Assembly: GCA_964629785.1 (NCBI GenBank)
Contig: CAZVRU010000002.1
Location: 34,861-98,860, forward strand
DNA from: an uncultured Planctomycetia bacterium
GTDB lineage: Bacteria; Omnitrophota; Gorgyraeia; Duberdicusellales; 4484-171
DNA: 64,000 nucleotides
Reading direction: 5' to 3'
This document shows, piece after piece, positions 31,005 through 40,210 of the stretch. The notes beneath the pieces are model-generated. The model was not told the origin of the DNA. It made no database searches and saw only the letters and a program-made list of their open reading frames with translations. The position numbers and the translations under genes were made by a program. The stretch's first letter is position 1, and each line of letters starts with the position of its first letter.

Positions 31005-31049
31005 TTGCAGGATGGACCAGGTGGCTTTATGCCGGAAATGAGTTCATAC

Positions 31050-31262
31050 ATGGGAAAGTTTTTTATTTTTCTGGGGGTTTTATTGGTGCTGGCCGGTGTT
31101 TTACTCATTGCCGGGCCTGATATTAAATTTCCTTTTCCGGGCAGGCTGCCCGGCGATATTATTATAAAAAAAGATAATTTCACTTTTTATTTTCCGCTGA
31201 CGACGTCATTGCTGATAAGTATCCTGATCTCGGCAGTATTTTATCTGATAAACAGGAAGTAA
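31050..31262 (+). CDS. DUF2905-family small membrane protein
   Basis: It has two TM helices and a conserved 'GRLPGDI' motif. The start was taken at 'MGKFFIF'; the track ORF begins earlier at TTG 31005. Confidence 0.6.
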   Translation: MGKFFIFLGVLLVLAGVLLIAGPDIKFPFPGRLPGDIIIKKDNFTFYFPLTTSLLISILISAVFYLINRK

Positions 31263-31281
31263 TGTCTGAATATTCGAAAAA

Positions 31282-31407
31282 GTAGCGAGTAGCAGGTAGA
31301 GAGTAGAGAGAAGGGGAAGGGATATTTACATCTTGATGTTCGATGATTTTCAGGAAAATTGCAATCTGTATTTTTCTCGCTACTTGCTACTCTCTACTCG
31401 CTACTGG
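31282..31407. repeat. Inverted arrays of degenerate AGTAG / CTACT pentamer words flanking a ~65 bp spacer
   Basis: The left arm is agtagcgagtagcaggtagagagtagagag. The right arm is ctcgctacttgctactctctactcgctact. Both end in the 12-nt perfect complement agtagcgagtag / ctactcgctact. Confidence 0.6.
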
Positions 31408-31417
31408 GATAAGCATG

Positions 31418-32533
31418 TTCAAAGTACTGAAGAATGATAAAAAGACTAAAGCACGGCTGGGGAAATTCACCACGCCGCACGGCGAAGTGTCTACTCCGGC
31501 TTTTTTCCCCGTGGCTACTCAGGCGGCCATTAAAGGCATGTCGACCAGACAGCTGAAAGAGATCGGCCCTCAGGGAATACTGGTAAATGCTTATCATCTT
31601 AATCTGCGGCCCGGCACCGAGATCATAAAAGCTGCCGGAGGATTGCATTCCTTTATGGGTTTTGACCGGACAATCGTCAGCGACAGCGGCGGTTATCAGG
31701 TTTTCAGTCTGGAGGGGCTGCGCAAAGTATCGTCAGAGGGAGTCGAGTTTCAATCTCATCTGGACGGAAGCAGGATATTCCTTACTCCGGAAGAAGTAGT
31801 CCGGATCCAGCTTGATCTGGGGACTGATGTGGTGCTGCCTCTCGATGAATGCGTTAAATATCCAACGTCCCGCGATTATGCGGTCCTGGCAGTGGACAGG
31901 ACAGTGGAATGGGCCCGGAAGTCGGTTTCTTTTTTCCGCGCTTCAGACAGTAAGTCGTTGTTTTTTGCCATAAGCCAGGGAGCCACTTATTCTGAGCTGA
32001 GGCAGGAATGTCTAGAGCGGCTATGTGAACTGGATATTGACGGCATTGCCGTGGGGGGATTGAGCGTCGGCGAGCCGGAAGGTCTGCGTTACGAAATGCT
32101 TTCTTTGACTACCGACAGGCTGCGAACCGGGAAAAAAGACTGTCTGGTTTATTTTATGGGTTATGGAAAGCCGCGCGATATTCTGGAAGCAGTAGAGCTG
32201 GGCGCCGATATGTTCGATTGCGTGGTGCCGACCCGTTACGGACGTACCGGCACTGCCTTTACTTCCCGCGGCAAACTGGTCGTGAGGAACGCCGAATTTG
32301 CCCGCGATTTTTCGCCTCTTGATGAGAATTGCCAGTGTTTTGTCTGCCAGAACTACAGCCGCGCCTATCTGCGGCATTTGATCAATGCCCGGGAGATAGC
32401 CGGTGCCGAAATGCTTACTTACCATAATCTCTGGTGGTATAAGAATTTTATCCGCTCTCTGCGCCGGGCCATCGAAGAAGACCGTTTTTCTGAATTCAAA
32501 AAAGAATTTCTTTCTGCCTATAAAGAAGATTAG
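31418..32533 (+). CDS. tgt: Queuine tRNA-ribosyltransferase
   Basis: It has 'TPHGEVSTPAFFPVATQAAIKG' and the zinc site 'CQCFVCQNYSRAYLRHL'. The start was chosen at 'MFKVL', because the upstream part of the track ORF is occupied by a repeat arm. Confidence 0.9.
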   Translation, partial: FKVLKNDKKTKARLGKFTTPHGEVSTPAFFPVATQAAIKGMSTRQLKEIGPQGILVNAYHLNLRPGTEIIKAAGGLHSFMGFDRTIVSDSGGYQVFSLEGLRKVSSEGVEFQSHLDGSRIFLTPEEVVRIQLDLGTDVVLPLDECVKYPTSRDYAVLAVDRTVEWARKSVSFFRASDSKSLFFAISQGATYSELRQECLERLCELDIDGIAVGGLSVGEPEGLRYEMLSLTTDRLRTGKKDCLVYFMGYGKPRDILEAVELGADMFDCVVPTRYGRTGTAFTSRGKLVVRNAEFARDFSPLDENCQCFVCQNYSRAYLRHLINAREIAGAEMLTYHNLWWYKNFIRSLRRAIEEDRFSEFKKEFLSAYKED

Positions 32534-32642
32534 GCGGATCTTCTGACAGATAAATGCTTGGAAACAACCGGATAAAAAGAGTATAATTTTATGAGCTATG
32601 AGTATCCTTTATGGTAATTGTTGAACTTAACCTGTTTCTATT

Positions 32643-33362
32643 ATGCTGATCGATGTATTGACGATTTTTCCGGGTATGTTCGAACCGGTAATGAACGAGA
32701 CGCTGATCAAGCGGGCTCAGGCAAAAGGGCTTCTTAAAGTCAATGTCCATGACCTGCGCGCTTACAGCGACGATTCTCACCGCAAGGTCGACGCCCCTCC
32801 TTACGGGGGAGGGCAGGGCATGGTCTTTTCGCCTCAGCCGGTGTTCAAAGCAGTGGAATCCCTGCTGGGCTATCCGGTCTATCCGGCGGCCGGAAAAGAT
32901 CCGGCCAAGCGGATAATCCTTTTTTCTCCCCAGGGCCGGCAAATGAACCAGAAAATGCTTCGCCAATACCTTGCCTATGAGAGGCTTATCCTTATCGCTC
33001 CCCGTTACGAAGGGATCGATGAACGGGTCCGCCGCTATTGCGCCGAAGAAGAAATTTCCCTGGGCGATTATATCCTGAGCGGAGCCGAGTTGGCCGGGAT
33101 GGTATTTATTGATTGTCTGACCAGGCTTATACCGGGAGTCGTTTCCAGTCCCGATTCGATCGTTCAGGAAAGTTTCGAGAACGGTCTGCTGGATTATCCC
33201 GTGTATACCAGACCTCAGGATTTCCGCGGCCTGAAAGTGCCGGATGAACTGATGTCCGGTGACCATAAAAAGATCGAAGAGTGGCGGAAAAGAAAAGCCG
33301 AGGAAATCACCCGTTGTCAGCGTCCTGATCTCTGGGAGAAATATGACAAAAGGGGGCTCTAG
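32643..33362 (+). CDS. trmD: tRNA (guanine37-N1)-methyltransferase
   Basis: The N-terminus is 'IDVLTIFPGMFEPV'. The SPOUT knot region includes 'GGGQGMVFSPQP'. Confidence 0.93.
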   Translation: MLIDVLTIFPGMFEPVMNETLIKRAQAKGLLKVNVHDLRAYSDDSHRKVDAPPYGGGQGMVFSPQPVFKAVESLLGYPVYPAAGKDPAKRIILFSPQGRQMNQKMLRQYLAYERLILIAPRYEGIDERVRRYCAEEEISLGDYILSGAELAGMVFIDCLTRLIPGVVSSPDSIVQESFENGLLDYPVYTRPQDFRGLKVPDELMSGDHKKIEEWRKRKAEEITRCQRPDLWEKYDKRGL

Positions 33363-33476
33363 TCGGGCCGGACCTTTTTAAAACTTCTTCTTTTAAAATT
33401 CAAAAAATAGGGTACAATATAAAGTTATTTATATAAGGCGCAGAATAATTTTCCCTGCAATGACGAACAGGAGGAG

Positions 33477-33827
33477 ATGATGAAGAAATTAACCGAGATC
33501 GAACAAGAGATGATGGATGCCATGAAAAAAGACCTTCCCGAGTTTAATTCCGGGGATATTATCAAGGTCTATTATCAGATCAAGGAAAAAGACAAGGTCA
33601 GGATCCATCCCATAGAAGGGATCGTGATCAAGACCCAGGGGCAGCGCCACCGCCGGACCTTTACCCTGCGCCGTATCAGTTACGGCGAAGCGTTCGAGGT
33701 GACCTTTCCTTTTTATACTCCTTTGATCAGCAAGATCGAAGTGGTGAAGCCATCGCGCAAGCGCCCGCGTCGCAAGCGGCTTTATTATCTGCGCGGCCGG
33801 GTAGGCAAAAAGGCAATGATCGCCTGA
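33477..33827 (+). CDS. rplS: 50S ribosomal protein L19
   Basis: L19 similarity is present ('SGDIIKVYYQIKEKDKVRIHPIEGIVIK'). A basic C-terminal tail follows. Confidence 0.92.
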   Translation: MMKKLTEIEQEMMDAMKKDLPEFNSGDIIKVYYQIKEKDKVRIHPIEGIVIKTQGQRHRRTFTLRRISYGEAFEVTFPFYTPLISKIEVVKPSRKRPRRKRLYYLRGRVGKKAMIA

Positions 33828-33879
33828 TCTTTTTATCGTTGAGGTGTCAGGACAGGCCTTTGCCGGATGAAAACGATGA

Positions 33880-34494
33880 ATGAAGAATAATCCCGGATCG
33901 GCAATCCACAATCAGTCCGCGGTCGGCCGCAGTATCGTCGGGTTGGACGAGGCTGGCCGGGGTCCCTTGTGCGGTCCGGTTGTTGCCTGTGCCTATATGT
34001 TTACCGAGGATGATCCTGACCTGCCGGTAAAAGATTCAAAAAAACTGAATCCCCTCAAACGGCCGGAGCTCTTTGAGAGACTTCTGGATAAAGGTGTTTT
34101 TTCCCTGGGCCTGGCCACAGCGCAGGAGATCGACCGTATCAATATACTGCAGGCCACGATGCGTGCTTTTAACCGGGCAATAAAAAAACTCATCGATTTT
34201 TATCCTGCGGCTCAACAGGCGACATTTATCGTCGACGGCAATTATTTCCGTACTGATCTGGATATAAATTACCGCTGCCAGGAAAAGGCCGATGACACGG
34301 TCCGGGAAGTATCGTCGGCATCGATCATCGCTAAAGTATTCCGCGACCACCTGATGGGCGTATTGGACTGTCTTTATCCAGAATGGCAGTTTTTCCGGCA
34401 TAAAGGTTATCCGACCAGATTTCACCGCGAAATGGTGGATAAAGGAGGGCTGACCCCTTTTCACCGGAAGACATTTTGTTCCGGCCATGAATAA
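33880..34494 (+). CDS. rnhB: Ribonuclease HII
   Basis: Active-site motif 'VGLDEAGRGPLCGPVV'. Confidence 0.9.
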   Translation: MKNNPGSAIHNQSAVGRSIVGLDEAGRGPLCGPVVACAYMFTEDDPDLPVKDSKKLNPLKRPELFERLLDKGVFSLGLATAQEIDRINILQATMRAFNRAIKKLIDFYPAAQQATFIVDGNYFRTDLDINYRCQEKADDTVREVSSASIIAKVFRDHLMGVLDCLYPEWQFFRHKGYPTRFHREMVDKGGLTPFHRKTFCSGHE

Positions 34495-34840
34495 AGGTGC
34501 CTGGTACGAACAAAAAGCCAGAGAACTGCTCGGCTATAAGCATTACGCGATTATTGCCAGTAATTTTCGGACACGGTTCGGTGAAATAGACATTATTGCC
34601 CGGCAGGGGAAAGAGATCGTTTTTGTCGAAGTAAAGGCCCGTAGCGCCGGATGCGGATATGCCCCGGAAGAAGCAGTTACCGGGGACAAAAGAGATAAAC
34701 TGCTGGCAGCGGCTAAAGTTTACAGCAGTCAGAAGCCCGACGCGGCCTACCGTTTCGATGTGATAAGCATTGTGCAGGGCAGGCAATGGAGGATATATCG
34801 TCTTATACAAAACGCTTTCAGTGCCGATGAAAAATTATAG
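34487..34840 (+). CDS. yraN: YraN-family (UPF0102) predicted endonuclease
   Basis: It has 'GEIDIIARQGKEIVFVEVKAR'. The 117 aa length matches the family. Confidence 0.85.
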   Translation: MNKGAWYEQKARELLGYKHYAIIASNFRTRFGEIDIIARQGKEIVFVEVKARSAGCGYAPEEAVTGDKRDKLLAAAKVYSSQKPDAAYRFDVISIVQGRQWRIYRLIQNAFSADEKL

Positions 34841-35354
34841 GAGTCATTTCAGAACTTATCTTGACGACCTTGCGGCACGCCGGCCGCATCCGGGAGGCGG
34901 CAGTTGTGCGGCTCTTGCCTTTTGTGCCGGCATTTCCCTTATCGAAATGGCTCTTGCCTATAGCAAACTAATCCCTGCCAGCGAGAAAAAGTTTTTTGAA
35001 AAGGCGAAAAGCCGTGTATTCCCGTTTATCGACAAGGACGGCGAAATATTTGCCGCGTTGATGAAAGAGAAAAAAGCGGGGAAAAAGAAGGTCCTGCTGG
35101 GCCGGGCCCAGAAAATGATCTGTCAACTGGGCTGTCTTTGCGATGAGGCGCTTGCCCGGGCCCGCAAGATTTGTCCGAAAATAAATAAGGGATTGAACAG
35201 CGATTTTTATCTGGGCCTGAAATTTCTGGAAAGCGCCCTTTATGCTTCGCTTCTGAACCTGGAAGCTAATGAAAAATTGTTCGCTGTTGACAACCGCTGT
35301 CATATCCGGCAGTTAAAAACGGTTATGAGGAAGTACAAAGCATGGCTGAAATAG
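34827..35354 (+). CDS. Cyclodeaminase/cyclohydrolase-family protein (FtcD C-domain / FchA-like)
   Basis: It has the 'PGGGSCAALAFCAGISLIEMAL' motif typical of the formiminotransferase-cyclodeaminase C-domain family. It sits immediately upstream of folD, and the start was chosen at an internal ATG. Confidence 0.65.
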   Translation: MKNYRSHFRTYLDDLAARRPHPGGGSCAALAFCAGISLIEMALAYSKLIPASEKKFFEKAKSRVFPFIDKDGEIFAALMKEKKAGKKKVLLGRAQKMICQLGCLCDEALARARKICPKINKGLNSDFYLGLKFLESALYASLLNLEANEKLFAVDNRCHIRQLKTVMRKYKAWLK

Positions 35355-36187
35355 GCACGGCCCGATCTCTGGCGAAAAATATTCTGGCCCGTCTGAAAAG
35401 AAAACGAAGAGCCGCGGGGCCGTGCGCCCTGGCTTCTCTCCATGTGGGCAATGACCCGGCCACTGATGTCTATGTGTCCTCTCAGATGAAAACAGCCCGC
35501 GAACTGGACATCGAATATGAATTATACCGCTTTCCCCGGACCGTTTCGGCCCGCACTCTTGGCCGTTGTCTGGATGAACTTAATGCTTCAAAAAAAATAA
35601 AGGGGATCATCGTCCATCATCCTCTTCCCAAAGGTATCGATTGCGGCAAACTCTATTCCCGTATTTTTCCGGTTAAGGACGTGGAAGGGGTTTCGCCGGA
35701 AAATCTGGGACGCATCCTTATCGGCGCGCCGCGCTTTATACCGCCTACTGTTTTGAGCGTGCTTTGTTTCCTGGAAAAGAGCGGAATCGATCTTTACGGA
35801 AAAGAAACGGTTATCGTCGGATTCAGCCCGCACATCGGCAGGCCGTTATGCCTTATTCTGGGTAATCGTTTTTCCACGGTCACGGTCACTCATATCGCTA
35901 CTTACGAAAAAAAACGTCTTCCGGCTCATCTGGCCCGGGCCGACATAGTGGTATCCTGCGTGGGCAAACCGCATCTGATCAAAGGAGCCTGGATAAAAAA
36001 AGGCGCGGTGGTTATCGACGTGGGCATATCGCGGCAGCGGGGGAGTATAGTCGGCGATGTAGAATTCGATAAGGCCGCTGAAAAAGCGTCCTATATTACT
36101 CCGGTACCCGGCGGAGTGGGAGCATTGACAACATTGTTTTTATTCGAAAATCTGCTTAAAACAGGGATTGTAAATGACCGAAAATAA
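35342..36187 (+). CDS. folD: Bifunctional methylene-THF dehydrogenase / methenyl-THF cyclohydrolase
   Basis: FolD similarity ('ASLHVGNDPATDVYVSSQMKTA', 'GIIVHHPLP', 'PVPGGVGALT'). Confidence 0.92.
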   Translation: MAEIGTARSLAKNILARLKRKRRAAGPCALASLHVGNDPATDVYVSSQMKTARELDIEYELYRFPRTVSARTLGRCLDELNASKKIKGIIVHHPLPKGIDCGKLYSRIFPVKDVEGVSPENLGRILIGAPRFIPPTVLSVLCFLEKSGIDLYGKETVIVGFSPHIGRPLCLILGNRFSTVTVTHIATYEKKRLPAHLARADIVVSCVGKPHLIKGAWIKKGAVVIDVGISRQRGSIVGDVEFDKAAEKASYITPVPGGVGALTTLFLFENLLKTGIVNDRK

Positions 36188-37154
36188 AAAAGCACATATC
36201 TGCGTGATCGGCGGAGGGCGGGCCGGCCTGGCTTTGATCAGTGAGCTGCGTCGCCAGGGAAGCGATGCCCGGCTGACGCTTATCGACAAAAAACAGTATT
36301 TCTGCGACCATGAAGATCTCTGGCCGTTGCTGTTTAAAAAAGATATAAAAAAAGTGGTCGATCTGAACCGTTTTGCCGAAGCCCGGCAGGTATCTTTTGT
36401 CCGGGCCGAAGTGGACCGGATAAATTTCAATAAAAAGATCGTTTACTGCAAGGATAAAAGTTCTTATAGCGCGGACAAAATCGTCGTCTGCTGCGGTCTG
36501 GTTTCCCGTGATCTCGATTTGAAAGGTGATCACCGCGAAGGGTTTTTTTATTTTTCCGATATCGATTTTTTCGCCCTGCGCGATCATCTTTCCTGGGTAG
36601 AGGACATCGTGGTCTATGCCGGAACATTTATCGGCCTGCGCGCGGCCTTCTACCTTTCCTATTTCAAAAAGGAACTTAAATTGCTGGTCCCGGCCTCTGA
36701 TTTTCTCGGCAGTCGCACGGCGCGGGTACTTTCCCTTCTCCGCGAAAAAAAGATCGATGTTTATGAAAATGCCGCGATCACCGAGATCGTGGGGGAGAAA
36801 GCGGTGAAAGCCGTTAAGACTTCCCTGCCCAAGGTGTTTTCGGCTCAGCTGGTGTGCGTGGACAGCGGTTACTGCCCCAGTTCCCGTATTCTTGACTTGG
36901 AGTGCTGCGCCGGAACCCATAAAACTTCCTATGAAGGCGTATTTGTTATCGGTGATCAACGTTTGCCGGATTCGCCGTCGGAAAATTTTTATCTGGGGCA
37001 CAGCGTTCAGGCAGAGCAGGAAGGGGAAGGCCTGGCCCGTATTTTCGCCGGTCAGCAGGAGACCCTGCCGCCCCGCCGTGATCTGCTGCCGGAAGAAATC
37101 GATAAGTTTATTGAACAGGAACTGCGTGTTGACCGTCAGATGTCGGTGGTCTGA
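36174..37154 (+). CDS. NAD(P)/FAD-dependent oxidoreductase
   Basis: The N-terminal Rossmann motif is 'HICVIGGGRAGLALI', and a second dinucleotide-binding region 'IVVYAGTFIGLRAA' follows. No redox-active CxxC is seen. Confidence 0.6.
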   Translation: MTENKKAHICVIGGGRAGLALISELRRQGSDARLTLIDKKQYFCDHEDLWPLLFKKDIKKVVDLNRFAEARQVSFVRAEVDRINFNKKIVYCKDKSSYSADKIVVCCGLVSRDLDLKGDHREGFFYFSDIDFFALRDHLSWVEDIVVYAGTFIGLRAAFYLSYFKKELKLLVPASDFLGSRTARVLSLLREKKIDVYENAAITEIVGEKAVKAVKTSLPKVFSAQLVCVDSGYCPSSRILDLECCAGTHKTSYEGVFVIGDQRLPDSPSENFYLGHSVQAEQEGEGLARIFAGQQETLPPRRDLLPEEIDKFIEQELRVDRQMSVV

Positions 37155-37207
37155 TTGCTGACAGCGCAGGATATAGCGCGTATTCGTATTAAAGACAGGA
37201 GGTTAGT

Positions 37208-38368
37208 ATGGCTGAATGGATAGGTAAAGGAAAACGTGCCCGGAGATGTTACGGCTTCGATGAGATAGCTCTGGTCCCCGGGAAGGTGACGGTAAATCCC
37301 GAAGAGGTGGATTCTTCCTGGGATTTTAACGGTAAAAAATTCGATGTGCCGATCCTGGCTGCGGCCATGGACGGTGTGGTCGATGTAAAGTTCGCCGTGG
37401 AGATGTCCCGTCTGGGGGGTATGGCCGTGCTTAACCTCGACGGTGTTCAGACCCGCTATGAAAATCCGGAAGAAGTTCTGGAGGATATAGCCAATGCCAC
37501 GCCGGAAGAGGCGACCAATCTTATTCAGAAAGTCTATACTACCCCGATTAAAGAAAAATTGATCCCGATCCGGGTGGAACAGATAAAGTCAAAGGGCGGT
37601 TATGCTGCGGTAAGTTGTATTCCGCAAAACGCCGAAAAATTTGCGGCTATGGCCGAAGATGCCGGTGCCGACTGTTTTGTTGTCCAGTCCACGGTAACCA
37701 CTGCCCGCCACCTTTCCCGGAAATACAAGCCGCTCGATCTTTATAAATTCTGCGAACAGCGAAAGATACCGGTAGTGATCGGCAACTGCGTCACCTATGA
37801 AGTGACCCTTGATCTTATGGAAACCGGCTGCGCTGCAGTCCTGGTCGGCGTAGGACCCGGCGCTGCCTGCACGACCCGCGGTGTTCTGGGTATCGGCGTG
37901 CCTCAGGTCACCACGACCATCGATTGCGCGGCTGCCCGTGATTTTTATTTTCAGAAAACAGGAAAATACGTATCGATAATCACTGACGGCGGTATGCGCA
38001 CCGGCGGTGATGTCTGTAAAGCTTTTTCCTGCGGCGCCGACAGCGTAATGATCGGTTCGCCCTTTGCCCGGGCCAAAGAGTCTCCGGCAGCCGGATATCA
38101 CTGGGGCATGGCGACTTCTCATTCCAACCTGCCGCGCGGCACGCGGATCAGGGTCGGAGTAAGCGGTACGCTGGAGCAGATCCTTTTTGGTCCGGCGACT
38201 GTCGATGACGGATCGCAGAACCTGGTGGGCGCTCTGGCAACCAGCATGGGGACCCTGGGCGCGAGCAATATAAAGGAAATGCATTACGTGGAAGTGATCA
38301 TCGCTCCTTCGATCCAGACCGAAGGAAAACTTTTTCAGGTGGTCCAGAAAGTCGGCATGGGCAAATAG
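37208..38368 (+). CDS. IMP dehydrogenase/GMP reductase-family protein lacking the CBS pair
   Basis: It has a TIM-barrel catalytic loop 'GVGPGAACTTRGVLGIGVPQ'. At 386 aa it has no Bateman (CBS) insertion. It sits upstream of guaA. Confidence 0.8.
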   Translation: MAEWIGKGKRARRCYGFDEIALVPGKVTVNPEEVDSSWDFNGKKFDVPILAAAMDGVVDVKFAVEMSRLGGMAVLNLDGVQTRYENPEEVLEDIANATPEEATNLIQKVYTTPIKEKLIPIRVEQIKSKGGYAAVSCIPQNAEKFAAMAEDAGADCFVVQSTVTTARHLSRKYKPLDLYKFCEQRKIPVVIGNCVTYEVTLDLMETGCAAVLVGVGPGAACTTRGVLGIGVPQVTTTIDCAAARDFYFQKTGKYVSIITDGGMRTGGDVCKAFSCGADSVMIGSPFARAKESPAAGYHWGMATSHSNLPRGTRIRVGVSGTLEQILFGPATVDDGSQNLVGALATSMGTLGASNIKEMHYVEVIIAPSIQTEGKLFQVVQKVGMGK

Positions 38369-38471
38369 CCGTTTTTACCGTATTTTCGCCTTTCCCGGCT
38401 GTTAAACCCCTTAATGCCGGAAAAGGCGGTGAAGCGCATCCGGCAGAGTCCGGTGCCGACTGAAACAGATT

Positions 38472-40019
38472 ATGGCTAAAAAAACCGACACCATTCTGAT
38501 ACTTGATTTTGGTTCGCAGTACACTCAACTGATCGCCCGCCGGGTCAGAGAACTGAAAGTTTTCAGTTTGATCGAACCCTGTAATCTGAGCGCCGAGAAA
38601 ATAAAAAAAATAGCGCCGCGCGGGATAATCCTTTCCGGTGGTCCGCATAGTGTCTATGAGCCTGAGGCGCCGGCTCTTAATCCAGCCATACTCAAAAGCG
38701 GAGTACCGGTTCTGGGCATCTGTTACGGGATGCAGATCCTGATGAAAGAACTGGGCGGAAAGGTCCGGGCTTCGGCCGAACGGGAATACGGTAAGGCCGA
38801 GATGTATGTCGATCGCAGAAATGAGCTGTTGTATTCCCTGCCGGTGAAATTCACTTCCTGGATGAGCCATACTGACCAGGCCGTGGAAATACCCAAAGGA
38901 TTTCAGCGGCTGGCTCACACGCTTAATACGGAAAATGCCGCGGTCGGCCATACCCGGAAAAAGATCTACGGTGTCCAGTTCCATCCCGAAGTCGTCCATA
39001 CCCGCTATGGTACGCAGATAATCTCCAACTTTCTTTTCCGTATCTGCGAATGTTTTGCCAACTGGCAGCTGGAGGATTTTGTCGAGATCCAGATCGATAA
39101 GATCCGGAAAAAAGTGGGCAGGAAAAAAGTCATCTGCGGTTTAAGCGGAGGGGTCGATTCGTCGACTCTGGCCGTGCTCATTCACCGGGCGATCGGATCG
39201 CGGCTTAAATGTATCTTTGTCGATCAGGGGTTGCTGCGTAAGAAAGAGGCCCGGAGCGTGGAAAAGATATTCGGCGAGCACTATAAGCTCGATCTTCGCG
39301 TAGTCGATTCGTCAAGCCTGTTTTTGAACAAGCTTAAAAAAGTCACTGATCCGGAAGAAAAACGCAAGATAATCGGGCATACTTTTATCGATGTTTTCGA
39401 GGCTGAAGCAAAAAAAGTGAAAAATGCCGAATTCCTGGCCCAGGGAACGCTTTATCCCGATGTTATCGAATCAATCCCCCTGTTCGGCGGTCCGACGGCG
39501 ATGATAAAATCTCATCATAACGTAGGCGGGCTTCCCGAAAAAATGAGATTGAAACTTATCGAACCCTTTCGCCAGCTGTTCAAGGACGAAGTGCGGGAAG
39601 TCGCTGCCCTGCTTAAACTGCCCGAACAACTTATTCACCGTCATCCTTTTCCCGGTCCGGGACTGGCAGTCCGCATTGTCGGCGAGATCACGCCGCAGCG
39701 GCTCAGGATCTTGCGCAATGCCGACGCCATTTTAACAAAGATAATAAAAAAACGCGGTCTTTACCGCGACATCTGGCAGTGTTTCTGCGTTTTGCTGCCT
39801 TTGCGTACAGTAGGGGTAATGGGTGATAAGCGCACTTATGAGCATGTTGTCGCGGTCCGTGCCGTTACCAGTCTGGACGGTATGACTGCCGATTGGTTCC
39901 GCTTTCCTTCCGAAGTCCTGGAAGAGATATCCAATACCATTATCAATAGTGTTAAAGGTATCAACCGCGTGGTCCTGGACATAAGTTCCAAACCGCCGGC
40001 TACCATCGAGTGGGAATAA
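38472..40019 (+). CDS. guaA: GMP synthase (glutamine-hydrolysing)
   Basis: It has the class-I glutamine amidotransferase Cys ('GICYGMQ'), the PP-loop 'SGGVDSS' and the C-terminal 'ATIEWE'. Confidence 0.95.
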   Translation: MAKKTDTILILDFGSQYTQLIARRVRELKVFSLIEPCNLSAEKIKKIAPRGIILSGGPHSVYEPEAPALNPAILKSGVPVLGICYGMQILMKELGGKVRASAEREYGKAEMYVDRRNELLYSLPVKFTSWMSHTDQAVEIPKGFQRLAHTLNTENAAVGHTRKKIYGVQFHPEVVHTRYGTQIISNFLFRICECFANWQLEDFVEIQIDKIRKKVGRKKVICGLSGGVDSSTLAVLIHRAIGSRLKCIFVDQGLLRKKEARSVEKIFGEHYKLDLRVVDSSSLFLNKLKKVTDPEEKRKIIGHTFIDVFEAEAKKVKNAEFLAQGTLYPDVIESIPLFGGPTAMIKSHHNVGGLPEKMRLKLIEPFRQLFKDEVREVAALLKLPEQLIHRHPFPGPGLAVRIVGEITPQRLRILRNADAILTKIIKKRGLYRDIWQCFCVLLPLRTVGVMGDKRTYEHVVAVRAVTSLDGMTADWFRFPSEVLEEISNTIINSVKGINRVVLDISSKPPATIEWE

Positions 40020-40210
40020 GTTCAGACAGAAAAACTTTCTTTAATATTTGACCGGACTTCCGGCTTTTGGTAAATGGTTTTGTTTGACGGTTAAGCTGCC
40101 GGTTTTGGCCCGAGCCAGCGGTTACGTCTTCATTCAGGATGTTTTTACGTTGCCGTTAAACGTTAAACGATACGGTTTGGCAACCTTAAATCCTATACTC
40201 TGAATAAAAG

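Noticed and set aside
31005-31049. Longer N-terminus for the DUF2905 ORF starting at TTG 31005, directly abutting the ruvB stop
   Set aside because: The extension 'MQDGPGGFMPEMSSY' is not hydrophobic or conserved-looking. Family members are ~70 aa starting with the first TM helix, so the ATG at 31050 is preferred, but this is not certain.
40020-40210. guaA-dnaE spacer with GGTTTT x3 and ACGTT/TAAACG word runs, considered as a structured ncRNA such as SRP, 6S or an RNase P fragment
   Set aside because: No conserved core motifs of those RNAs were found. It fits the same low-complexity word-array pattern as the other spacers and is better explained as another member of that repeat style.
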